45,680 nucleotides of DNA from Nanobdellota archaeon (lineage in GTDB: Archaea > Nanobdellota > Nanobdellia > Woesearchaeales > JAHJEM01). The stretch is taken from contig JAZDID010000120.1 in assembly GCA_043805315.1 (NCBI GenBank), forward strand, positions 1-45,680, in the 5' to 3' direction. Positions 14,813-24,900 of this stretch are shown here, in pieces. Every line of letters begins with the position of its first letter. The first letter of the stretch is position 1. The position numbers and the translations under genes are program-made. Under the pieces are notes generated by a model. It worked only from the letters and a program-made list of their open reading frames with translations. It did no database searches and had not been told where the DNA came from.

Positions 14813-17056
14813 TCACGAGCTGAACTTTGGCTTCACCTGCTCGACATGTGGCTTGTAGAGGCCGTGAAACTTGCCCAGGATGTCCAAATCTGACTTGACA
14901 GACTGCAAGTCATCCACCTTGATCGTGGGAATGTAGACCGTGATCTTCCTGTTGCCCAGGTCATCATAGGTGAAGAAGACCGCGTCTTTTCCCTCGAGCT
15001 TGAGTCCGCCTTCAAACAATGTGGTATTGAACTTGATCGCGTCTATCTTCACGCATTCCTCACCGCCGAAAGGGTTCAGGGGCTCCTTGTCATAGCATTC
15101 CTCCTCATAGTCCTTGTCAGGCGGCACTTTCACTTCCTGGCGCGCATGGCCTAGCCCTAATTCAAGGAACATGAACGCCTCAACAGTATAGTTTCCAGAC
15201 ACAAGCTTGATAGTCTTCCTGTCCGTGATGTTCACATCCACAAATGCAGTGTATTCCTGCTCGCCAGCCTCGGGAACCCGGGTGAATATGAGCATGGCAT
15301 GCTCGTCGATGTTCATAGCAAAATCATTGTCTGGGTAGAATTTCCAGACAGTCACCGGGATCTTGTCTCCGCCAAGAGGATTATCCATGTACTCGATGCC
15401 TTTCGCGATATATTTTTTCCTGACCTCGACCTGCACGTCCTTGAACTGCTCGAGGTTGACGGTCACCTCTCCATCAGTTCCTTCGTTGGTGGCATAATCA
15501 CGCAAATGGCCGAAGTAGCCTTCCTTAAAAGGAACTAAGCCTCCGCCCATGCACAAGGGCAGCTTTGCAGTAAGAGAAGCCTTGCCTTCCTGCATTCTCG
15601 TTACGCCGAGCGGGCAGCCCTGGTCCAGGCAATCATACGTGAGGAAGACATCCTCGACAGGCTGCCGTGATCCTATATCTATAGTGTGCATGGTGATGTC
15701 TCCAGAATGCCGTTGGTTCTCATCACAGAACATGGAATCCTGTCCTGCCTCAGTTTCAAGGTATTCGAACCCGATGCCGAGCGGTTGGTTGCCTCTGATG
15801 TTAGCCTCGTATGCAAACTGCAGGGTGAATCCCTCGCCATTGAACGCATCCTTGTCATGAATCTTCACCAGGATTGGGAAGGAGATGTCGTACTTGAAGT
15901 CATAGCGCTGCATGCCAAGCGGGAACGGAAAGAACGTATTGAGCACCTGCGGCCCTAATACTGCATCGCTCTTTCCCATTGGCGTCTGGATCTGAAGGTA
16001 GAGAGGCCACCAGGGCAGGTAGGTGAAGTCGATGGTGTAGCCTCCGAGCTCTCCCAGGGCATTGTCAGGGTCTATGGCAATGAAGTTATTCATGTACATG
16101 CCGTTCAGGGTCGGATTTGTGATGATCGGAATGCGCACGTTTCCAGAGCCTTGCACCTGGATATTGTCATAGTTGTCTGCAAGGATCTCAGCAACCCTTT
16201 CCCGTGTATCCTGAAGTGTCCAATAGTGCGGTGCGCTGAATCCGGATTTCACCTTAGTTCCTATTAAGGGGAGTTCAGAACGCTCATCCATAGCATAAGG
16301 TGTGATGTATTCTATCGCTGCACTCTCGAAGAAGAATGCGTCCTGGCTCGCCACTGAGCGAAGGATAGTTGTGCCAATGTCATAGCTCTTCTTCAGGTTC
16401 ACGTCAAGCTCTGACCTGAAATTCGACATCTTGTAGGTTTTTTGGTTGAGCGTGATCTGGAGCGGATATTCCAGTTCGACGAGCACGTTGTTCTCAGCTA
16501 CCGTGGTCTTGACAGCAGGCTCATTCAGTATCTTGACTTCATACCCTTTTGCAGTCCATTCCTCAAAGCCCTGGATGCAGGTTGCAAGGTTTGATTCGAG
16601 GTACGTGTCAAGCTGGGTTTCTATTGACCTGGCGCCATACTTTCTTTGCAAGGGCGGCCTCTCTGATTTGAAATTGCATTGACTGCATTCATTACTTGAG
16701 CTCATGTAGTACCAGTATGGTATCGTGACTCCGCTCTCAGGCGCGAACTCAATGGCTTTCGCAGTACTGGGGAATTGTGTGATAGGGATAAGCCCTTTTT
16801 CTTGTGGATTGATGTAGCCTCCCTGGATGCCCATCTGCAGGACTCCTTCTTTTGCGGTGAGGTAGATGCAGCCCTCCACATACTCATTTAACGGCTGGAG
16901 CTCTTTCTGCACTGAAATCGGAGGTTTATCGAGATTCTCAAGATAAGTCTTCAAGAAGAGCGCGAGCCCTATCAAGATCACGAGCACAAGGCCGAGGATG
17001 ACATAGACAGTCACCTGGCCTGCTTTCTTTCTTTCTGAACCGTTCTTGTGCATCAT
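14813..17056 (-). CDS. Large secreted or membrane-anchored ORFan protein (747 aa)
   Basis: The N-terminus ERKKAGQVTVYVILGLVLVILIGLALFL is a charged region followed by a single hydrophobic helix. The rest is beta-rich, Cys-containing and predicted extracellular. It lies 46 nt downstream of the 1105-aa gene. Confidence 0.8.
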   Translation of the reverse strand: MMHKNGSERKKAGQVTVYVILGLVLVILIGLALFLKTYLENLDKPPISVQKELQPLNEYVEGCIYLTAKEGVLQMGIQGGYINPQEKGLIPITQFPSTAKAIEFAPESGVTIPYWYYMSSSNECSQCNFKSERPPLQRKYGARSIETQLDTYLESNLATCIQGFEEWTAKGYEVKILNEPAVKTTVAENNVLVELEYPLQITLNQKTYKMSNFRSELDVNLKKSYDIGTTILRSVASQDAFFFESAAIEYITPYAMDERSELPLIGTKVKSGFSAPHYWTLQDTRERVAEILADNYDNIQVQGSGNVRIPIITNPTLNGMYMNNFIAIDPDNALGELGGYTIDFTYLPWWPLYLQIQTPMGKSDAVLGPQVLNTFFPFPLGMQRYDFKYDISFPILVKIHDKDAFNGEGFTLQFAYEANIRGNQPLGIGFEYLETEAGQDSMFCDENQRHSGDITMHTIDIGSRQPVEDVFLTYDCLDQGCPLGVTRMQEGKASLTAKLPLCMGGGLVPFKEGYFGHLRDYATNEGTDGEVTVNLEQFKDVQVEVRKKYIAKGIEYMDNPLGGDKIPVTVWKFYPDNDFAMNIDEHAMLIFTRVPEAGEQEYTAFVDVNITDRKTIKLVSGNYTVEAFMFLELGLGHARQEVKVPPDKDYEEECYDKEPLNPFGGEECVKIDAIKFNTTLFEGGLKLEGKDAVFFTYDDLGNRKITVYIPTIKVDDLQSVKSDLDILGKFHGLYKPHVEQVKPKFSS

Positions 17057-17102
17057 TGTCGTCTGTTTTTTTACTGTTTCGCGTGTTTTCTTCTTCTCAC
17101 CA

Positions 17103-20100
17103 TTAACTCTCTATCGTATTGCATAGCCTGTTATTATCAAGATTCACAACATCAAAATACCTGTCCATGCCGCCGTGGAAACGCACACACACCTGCACAT
17201 ACTTTCCTGGCAGGGATACGGTGAGCGCGTTCTGCGCTGTGAACTCTTTTGAAGGAGCGTCCTTTGTGAGCGTTGTCTGGTTGATGACCTTTTCTTCCCC
17301 GCTATTCTTCAAGATGATGTCAAAGGTGAAGCCGTTGCCGAACTGGTCAGTCACCCTCGGAACTACCGCGCCGGTCACGTAGTAGGTATAGACATTCCTT
17401 CCCTGCTCATCAGGAGTGGGCCCGTCCATCATGCCTTCGATATGAGCGCCGCTCCGCATGCCTGCAGCGCCATAGTCTGTTATGACAATGTTCCTTTCCC
17501 TTGATTTCAGGCCCAGGCTATTGCTCAGGCAGATCTTCTCTTCAGCATAGGAGTCAAGGTTAAAGACTTGTGAGCTGAAAAACTTGTCTATGCCTCTCGA
17601 GTAGCTCCCAAACGACTGGCGTGGATAGATGAGCTTTGAGAATGAATTGACTGCATTCGCGACCCCCATGGCATTAGACCACGTTTTGAATGTGGTTCCC
17701 CAATTATTCTCATGCCGGACATAATCCAATGTTGCGTCATCATGCTGAGCGATCTCTTTGTCCTTGTTTTTCAGACTTTCCTGCTGTGTTCTGAGCTGTG
17801 CAGTCTTATCGTCAATGAGCGTGCGCATATGCTGCTCATCCATCCCATGCTGTTGGAAGTATTGGGCTCTCTCTTCTTGGGACGAGCTTGCCAGGTTTTC
17901 ATATTGCTGCTCGAGCTGCTGGACTTCCTGTTCTGAGGCATCAACATCCCGCTGCAAATGGTTCCTGTCCATCACCAGCCTGTCCCGCTGCACGAGCCGT
18001 TGGTTCACTGTCCTGTCATTTGGATAGAGCGCCTGTAGGTCTTCCATTGATTGGACCTGCCGTTGGCGTACCATGTCGTTTTCCAGCTCCTCACGGTTCG
18101 GCGGAATCTCGCTGGTCTTTTCAAAATACAGGTCCTTGAATTTAGGCTGGTTTGGCACTGTCCCGCCTTGCCCTTCTTCGACTGCCCTCTCTGCAGCGTG
18201 CTTTTCCAAGAAGTAATTTGCCTGCGCACCTCCTGCCCGTGCTGCGAGCTCTTGTGCTGTGATGCTCCTATCTTTCAACGTATACCAATTCCCTTCCTTG
18301 TCCCTTCCATATACCTTGCCATTATATGCCCGATAGCAGAAACCTTCGACACATTTTGCTGTGTTTGTATACGTGGCGGGATTCTGGAACATGTTCAACG
18401 GAAGATTGTTCTGCTGGTTATACCCTTCGATGATTCCATTGCAGTAATTCTGGGGGTGGCTGATGCTTTTCATCTGGTCAATCTGCGCCTGGATCATGGA
18501 GATGAGGCTGGTCATGGTCTTGATCTGGTTCAATGCCTCGCACGTCGCATGCACGCTATTTCCCAAACTCAAATGCTTGCAGACAAGGTTTGTCATGATG
18601 AATGACCCCATAGCGTAAGGATTCCTGATCATATCCTTGAAATGAGCCATGCCTGCGCGGTATATCTGCACGTATGGAATGAGCTGCATCGCGCCTCCCA
18701 TGGTGAATTTGCAGTGCATGTAATTATTCATGTCATTGCACTGGCTGACCGGAAATCCTGCTGCTGCATCCTGGTCAAGGCATCGCAAGTACTCGCAGTC
18801 GATCTGCTGCTTTCTTTCCCACACCTGAAGGATATAGCGCGGGCACAGGCTGGAATACGCGAGGATCTCGCTGCTTCCAGGATCAAAGAGCTGCTGCGGA
18901 TCATCCTTGCCCATGATCTGCGCCGCCTGACGATAGCCAGGCAATGATGCCAGTTGCTGAGTCAGGAAATTCTGGTATGAAGCCTGGCAGGTGATGGCAA
19001 TGCACGCAGGCATGACACCAGGAACCTGGCCCACATAATCAGCTCCTCCTGCGAGCGCGCTTCCGGAAAGATCGAGTGTTTGAGGAACTCCTATTTCATG
19101 GAAAGCTGCAGTCGCCTGGCTTGCCGATTCAATCTGGGCAGCAGAAGCCCTCATGAGCGTGATGGCATTGCAGGCGCTAGTCGAGATGTCAAGAGCAAGC
19201 TTGAAATTATTCAAGTCATTCGTCTTTCGCTCAAGGTCTTTTACCAACTGCACTTTCGCATCCGCGACCTTTGCTGCAGCATCTGCATAGCTCTGCTTCT
19301 GCAGCGTGAACGTGAACGTCTCGTCCTCTTCCAAGGCATACAGCGTATCACCTTTCTTGTTCAATAGTGATAGTGTGCAGTTGAATGTGTAGTCAGTAAG
19401 GTCATTGCTCTCCGGGAACTTGGTGCTGTCCAGCCGGAACATCGCGACAATGTTCTTGTTCTTCTCAGATGGAGCTATCTCTATATTTTCCAACGGGTCG
19501 ATTGTCACTGACTCCAGGCCTTCAAGGTAGCAGCCCTTATCCATGTTCACCTTGACAATCTCATAGCCAGCTTTCTTGCTTGATAATTTCAGGTTCAGGT
19601 AGACATTCTTGTCAAAATAATCGATAATCTTGGTATTGAAGCGCTTTGGCTCATACTGGACTGAAGAGACTTTCCAGAAATCAGGAGCTGCTGTTTCATC
19701 CAATGCAAGCACTTGAAGGCTAGCGCTTTCCTTTGGGAGCGTATTGTTCGGCGTGTCTGAGAAATACACCTTGACCTTGCCTTGCTTGGGTCCAACACCG
19801 ACTGGTGCAAGAGCGACGCACTCCCATGCTGCTGTTTTCTTTGTGCAGGTGCCTTCCACTTTATCATCCCCTCCCAACGCGGAGAGGTCTGCAGTGATCG
19901 AAGGCTCTGAGATGTCTTCCGTGACACTGCCATTGATGACAATAATGTCATTGGACTTCATATATGGATCTCTTGATTCAGGGTACACCTCGAGGCTTCC
20001 TTGCAGTGCAGGCGGCGTGTTGTCGCACGTGAACACTGCCCTGCCGCTCATCCTGTTGCCCTGCGAATCAACTGCAATGATGTTCGCGTTAGACGGTGTT

Positions 20101-20420
20101 GTGATGACAAGCTCAACCTGATCACGGTCAGTGCACGTGACCCGCACGTTGCCTGTACAGACAGTTCCAGTGCACGAAGAGACTTTCTTCAGGATGTTCA
20201 TGCTCTTGACCTGGAAATAGAGCGCGTTGTTGATCACCGGGTTCGTCGTGGTGATGATGACCTCATTATTCCCGCTCTTCACATAGCACTTGTCATTGCT
20301 GTCGCAGGCGCCGGTCTTGATAGAGACCACCGGGATGGTGGCTGCAGCGACTAGATTTGGAAGTATCAAAAGCATGAAGAATGCAGTGATGAACACGACG
20401 GTGTTGAAGATCCTGACCAA
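17103..20420 (-). CDS. Large secreted ORFan protein (1105 aa) with Cys-rich core and Q/E/R-rich coiled-coil segment
   Basis: TTG start at 20420 with GAGGGA 5 nt upstream. Signal-like N-terminus VVFITAFFMLLILPNLVAAA. More than 30 Cys, many of them in the central region. Coiled-coil stretch QRQVQSMEDLQ...QQLEQQYENL...QLRTQQESLKNKDKE. Confidence 0.8.
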   Translation of the reverse strand: MVRIFNTVVFITAFFMLLILPNLVAAATIPVVSIKTGACDSNDKCYVKSGNNEVIITTTNPVINNALYFQVKSMNILKKVSSCTGTVCTGNVRVTCTDRDQVELVITTPSNANIIAVDSQGNRMSGRAVFTCDNTPPALQGSLEVYPESRDPYMKSNDIIVINGSVTEDISEPSITADLSALGGDDKVEGTCTKKTAAWECVALAPVGVGPKQGKVKVYFSDTPNNTLPKESASLQVLALDETAAPDFWKVSSVQYEPKRFNTKIIDYFDKNVYLNLKLSSKKAGYEIVKVNMDKGCYLEGLESVTIDPLENIEIAPSEKNKNIVAMFRLDSTKFPESNDLTDYTFNCTLSLLNKKGDTLYALEEDETFTFTLQKQSYADAAAKVADAKVQLVKDLERKTNDLNNFKLALDISTSACNAITLMRASAAQIESASQATAAFHEIGVPQTLDLSGSALAGGADYVGQVPGVMPACIAITCQASYQNFLTQQLASLPGYRQAAQIMGKDDPQQLFDPGSSEILAYSSLCPRYILQVWERKQQIDCEYLRCLDQDAAAGFPVSQCNDMNNYMHCKFTMGGAMQLIPYVQIYRAGMAHFKDMIRNPYAMGSFIMTNLVCKHLSLGNSVHATCEALNQIKTMTSLISMIQAQIDQMKSISHPQNYCNGIIEGYNQQNNLPLNMFQNPATYTNTAKCVEGFCYRAYNGKVYGRDKEGNWYTLKDRSITAQELAARAGGAQANYFLEKHAAERAVEEGQGGTVPNQPKFKDLYFEKTSEIPPNREELENDMVRQRQVQSMEDLQALYPNDRTVNQRLVQRDRLVMDRNHLQRDVDASEQEVQQLEQQYENLASSSQEERAQYFQQHGMDEQHMRTLIDDKTAQLRTQQESLKNKDKEIAQHDDATLDYVRHENNWGTTFKTWSNAMGVANAVNSFSKLIYPRQSFGSYSRGIDKFFSSQVFNLDSYAEEKICLSNSLGLKSRERNIVITDYGAAGMRSGAHIEGMMDGPTPDEQGRNVYTYYVTGAVVPRVTDQFGNGFTFDIILKNSGEEKVINQTTLTKDAPSKEFTAQNALTVSLPGKYVQVCVRFHGGMDRYFDVVNLDNNRLCNTIES

Positions 20421-20502
20421 CCTGTTCCCTCTTTTTTCCCTTTGGAGCTATCCTGGAATGGATGGTTTAAAAATGTTGCGGTGGTCTGAAGTCAGCTCGC
20501 AA

Positions 20503-20675
20503 GTTTGGCGAACGAGCCCATCCGCAAACTTTTCTGGATTGCGCCCACCCTCCACACTCTCCAGCCACTTATTCTGATTGTCCCCACCCTCTATCATTGA
20601 ACAAGTTCAATGGAGTTTGAGCCAAGCTCAAACCTCCCCCAACCACCACCCTGGGATGTGCAACGTAATACTTCG
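20503..20675 (+). repeat. C-rich intergenic repeat, copy C, with a 46-nt double-palindrome insertion
   Basis: Contains TTTGGCGAACGAG, CTTTTCTGGATTG, GATTGTCCCCACCC (20576-20589) and CCCCCAACCACCACC (20636-20650). The last two blocks are separated by 20590-20635, which holds the palindromes CATTGAACAAGTTCAATG (20595-20612) and GTTTGAGCCAAGCTCAAAC (20615-20633). Confidence 0.75.
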
Positions 20676-21099
20676 ACACTGTTGGCAGTCAGCTGGGCTC
20701 AACAGTCGGTTGTCTTCATGCCCCCACCGCTGCCCAAGATAGATTCAGTCGCATAAAAATAGATTATCAGAAATTGATCCAAAAAGATTGATCCCAAAAT
20801 GAAAAATTTTATATACGAAACTACATTCCCCTTTACTGAAACGGGGGGGTTTCGTGGGTGAATTTTATCAGTTGAAGAGAACATGCGTTTGTCAGAGAGA
20901 TGTCGATATGCCGCCGTGTTCTCTTCGAATTCCGCATTTTTCATTGCAGAATCAGCATGAATTAACCACTTATTCATGATACGGAAATGTTTATATACAC
21001 TGAGGATATCCCTTTGAAACTATCGTTAATTTATGTAGGGGTTGATATATTTTTCGAGGGTGCGAGGATTATCTCTCGGGATCATCCATAACATTCTCG

Positions 21100-21858
21100 G
21101 TGTGGGGTGGCACTATTCGCTGCGCAAAGCTGAACACGGAAAACACGATTGCCCTATCAGCACTAGTTCTTGCTGCCCTTTCCTTGCTCCTCCTCTCTTC
21201 ATGCACTGCAGCCAGGCAAGGCATGCCTGGTGAAAAGAGCGCAGGATCACCAGCCGCGCTTGCACAACAGGAATACGCACAGGCAGCACAAGAAGAGCAA
21301 CAGCAAGCCGAGAAAGAGCAGGCGATCGTTAAAAAACTCGTCACTCCAGAAGAAGTGGATGCAGCATACGCAAATCTTCCCCAACAATTGAAAGAGGAGA
21401 CGACCAAGGAAAAGCTCGCAGAATCTCTCGCCACAAACAAGCTCATGCTACAGGAGGCTGAGAAAAAATCGCTCACCGCAACCCAACAGGAAGTGGATGC
21501 GTACGTCGACAACCAGAGAAGGATAGCGAGCCTTGATGCGCAGGCATTCACAGCACGGATCGAGAGCCAGGGCTATACTATGGAAGAGTACACGCAGGCA
21601 GTCGAAAACCTTGTCACTGCCTCAAAGCTTCTTGAAAGCGAATTGCGCCTTTCGCAGGTCAATGCGTCTGAACAGGAAATCACCACCTACCTGCAGGACA
21701 ACAGGCAGGAATTCCAGGACTTCTTTGAAGAGAATGATCCTGCGCTTCTGGATGCGCTCAAGACAAGGATAGGCCAGAAGCTCACCAAAGAGAAACAAGA
21801 TGCTTTGGTGAAAGACTATGTAGCATCATTGAAAGAGGACGCGATAGCGCGCGGATAA
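21100..21858 (+). CDS. Lipoprotein with SurA/PrsA N-terminal-like chaperone domain (no PPIase domain seen)
   Basis: Lipobox-like LLLLSSC after a basic N-terminus. Helical repeats of the type VTPEEVDAAY..., TQQEVDAYVDNQ..., SEQEITTYLQDNRQEF are typical of SurA_N/PrsA chaperone modules. The GTG start at 21100 is uncertain. Confidence 0.7.
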   Translation: MWGGTIRCAKLNTENTIALSALVLAALSLLLLSSCTAARQGMPGEKSAGSPAALAQQEYAQAAQEEQQQAEKEQAIVKKLVTPEEVDAAYANLPQQLKEETTKEKLAESLATNKLMLQEAEKKSLTATQQEVDAYVDNQRRIASLDAQAFTARIESQGYTMEEYTQAVENLVTASKLLESELRLSQVNASEQEITTYLQDNRQEFQDFFEENDPALLDALKTRIGQKLTKEKQDALVKDYVASLKEDAIARG

Positions 21859-21953
21859 GCTCAACAAAGCAAGAAAAAAGACAACAGGCTCAACAACACA
21901 AAAAAGGCAGCGGCAAAACGTTACACTCATAAGGAAATCACGAGGCATCAATC

Positions 21954-24900
21954 ATGAGGAAAAAGGGCAGCACTATGCGGTTCACCTCACTAGTCCTTGT
22001 TCTTGGTGCGGTCATGCTCACATTCTTGTTCACGCTCAGCACCTCGTCAGGCCAGCTCTCAGTGGACAGCTGCAGCGTGCTCAACGAGTCCGCAATCCTC
22101 ACCGAGGACATCAACGCGACAGGCTCATGCTTCAGCATTATCGGAAATGACATTGAAATTGACTGTCAGCTCCACACCATTCAGGGAGATGGGACTGGAA
22201 TCGGGTTCTCGCTGTATAACAACAGCAATATCTTGATCAGGAATTGCATCGTCGAGAATTTTGAGACCGGGATAGATATCACAGACTCATTTGTTGGTGT
22301 CTACACTATATTGGTCAGACAGAACAGTAAAGGCATCATAACAAGAGGAGACTCTTACCTTGATACAGAAACCAATTCCATCAAAGAGAACGCCCTCGCG
22401 AACCTTGAGAACACCAATGGGAACTTCACCATAGCAGCGTATAACAACTGGTGGGGCACTGCAGACCCTGGTCAGATTGCGCTCACCATAATCGGCAATG
22501 TGAGCTTTGTCCCGTTCTTGGCCCTTGATCCGTATTCAGACGATGATGCAGATACAATCCCTTTGTTTTCAGACAACTGCCCTGCAGTCCCAAATCCTGA
22601 CCAGGGAGATGAAGACGGAGACGGCCTCGGGAATGTTTGCGATAACTGCGCTGACAACTTTAACCCTCTCCAGGGCGATCTGGATATGGATGCGGCCGGA
22701 GACGCCTGTGATCTCGATGACGACGCTGATGGCATCTGTGATTTCGGACTGAGTGTGACGCGGCCTTTGCCTGCCAATCTGGCCCTGAACAGGCCGGTGA
22801 CCGCATCGAACAGCGTCCCTCCGAACGTGCCAGAGTTTGCAGTTGACAGCGATCTGTTGACATTTCTGGCCATGGTCGGAGACCCGCCGCAAGATGTCAC
22901 AGTTGACCTGGAAAGCGCACAGCAAATTGAAAGGGTATCTGTGTTCTTCAATGACTCTGCATCACGCGCATTTGATTACAATATTGAGGTCAGCACAGAT
23001 GGAACAAGTTATGCCATCGCAGCGACTGTCCGCGATAATGATTTCACCGAGAACCACCTCTCCTTCCCTGCTCTCCAAGCCCGCTACGTGCGCCTCAGCC
23101 TCCTGGATTATGACTATGAGAAGGATGATGTGCGCATCAACGAGATCGAGGTGTACGGCTCGACGACATTGTGCACTGGCGGAAGTTCAGGAAGGGACGT
23201 GTGCCCGAGCATTTTTAATCCTGGGCAGGAGGATAGTGATAATGATACAGTGGGAGACGTATGCGATAATTGCCTCCTTACGCCTAATGTTGACCAGACA
23301 GACTCGGATAATGATGGAAAAGGGGATGGGTGTGATGTAAATGTTATGCTCGGGTCGTTCAGCTTCGACCCGCAGAATCCTGGTGAGCTGCCCAACATCA
23401 CCGAAGAGCTCCTCACCGATCAGGAGACCGGCTATTTCATCATCCAATACGCCGCAGGGATGGGGCAGAACATCACTGACGAGATAGCAGGCCGTGGAGG
23501 GCAGGTCAAGGGTTATTTCAACACAAACGGCATGATCGTCCAGGTGGCTGCGAGCCTCGGGGAGCTCCGGTCGTTAGACGCTGTCCGCTATGCTGACATC
23601 TACCAGCCCGTGTTCAAGATCGAGCCTCCGCTCTACGACCTCTACCTACACGGAGGACCCTCCGGGGACATCCTCTCCCTGGACGTGTACGTCTATGGTA
23701 ACAGCCAGGCGGTTATCAACTATGTTCTCTCGCTCGGCGGAACAGCAGTCCATAAGTATCTTGCTACTGATATCCAGTATGACAGGGTCCTCGTGGTGAA
23801 CATTACCGGGACGAAGCTCGCCAACCTCTCCCACCATCCCGACATCGAGTATATTGAGCTTAACTTTATTGACCAGCCTGAGCTGGACGTCGCGACGAAG
23901 ATCACTGATGTGCGGCGGGCATCAAACCAGCCGAATATCCTCGGTCTGACCGGCGCAGGGCAGATTATCGGCCATAGGGACACGGGCGTCGACACAGGCA
24001 ATGCGACCACGCTCATAGCCGACCTTGCAGGCAGAGTACTCAACGATTCAGGCCCGTGGCGTGACACGGACGGCCACGGCACTCACACGCTCGGCATCGC
24101 TATCGGGAACGGCGCCAATTCGGGAGGCCGCATCCGGGGCGTTGCTCCAGGGGCGACGGCCATCCACTCACCCTTCGCAGGTTCACCATTGGAATCGTGG
24201 ACAAACGCCTATAATAGGGGAGCGCGGATACACACGAACAGCTGGGGTAATGGATCGGGCACGACCTATAGTTCGCTCGAGAGCGAAGCCGACACGATAA
24301 CCAACACCAACCAGGATCTTTTACTCGTGAAATCTGCAGGGAACAACGGACCGGGGGCGGGAAGCATCACCTCGCCAACCGCATCGAAGAACCTCATCGC
24401 CGTAGCGAACTCAGAGAATGAACGTCCTGAAAGAACAGCCGCAAACAACGCAGCAGGGGCAGGAGTGGCAGACAATCGTAATCATCTGCGGAGGAGCAGC
24501 AGCGCGGGATTGACTGCTGACAACAGAATAAAACCAGATGTTACTGCACCAGGGACATGGATTTTATCCTTGCAATCGACAGCTCAGGCGAACATTGATC
24601 ATTGTGATGTCGATGGAGATGGTGTTACGGCAGAATCCTTTTATGCGAATCTCAATTATACATTCTGCACAGGCACCAGCATGGCAGCACCCCACGTCGC
24701 AGGCATGGGCGCGCTGATCCGGGAATACCTCATCAGCTTCAAGCACATGGTCAACCCGAGCGGCATGCTGGTCAAGGCCTTCATCATCAACGGCGCCCAA
24801 GACATGCCGGACACGGGAGTGATCGGCGGGGGAGGAGTGAACAGAGGGACAGGTCCCATACCGAACAATGATGAGGGCTGGGGAAGGGTCAATCTGACGC

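Noticed and set aside
15745-15775. T-loop-like GGGTTCGAA (minus strand), a possible tRNA fragment
   Set aside because: It lies inside the 747-aa coding frame, and no acceptor, D or anticodon arms can be built around it. I found no tRNA-like cloverleaf in any intergenic region.
20699-20977. 92-aa minus-strand ORF in the 20.4-21.1 kb intergenic region
   Set aside because: The TATA-like box is only ~12 nt from the ATG, which is too close for a leaderless start, and there is no SD. The sequence is not family-like. I left it unannotated. RNA-seq could revive it.
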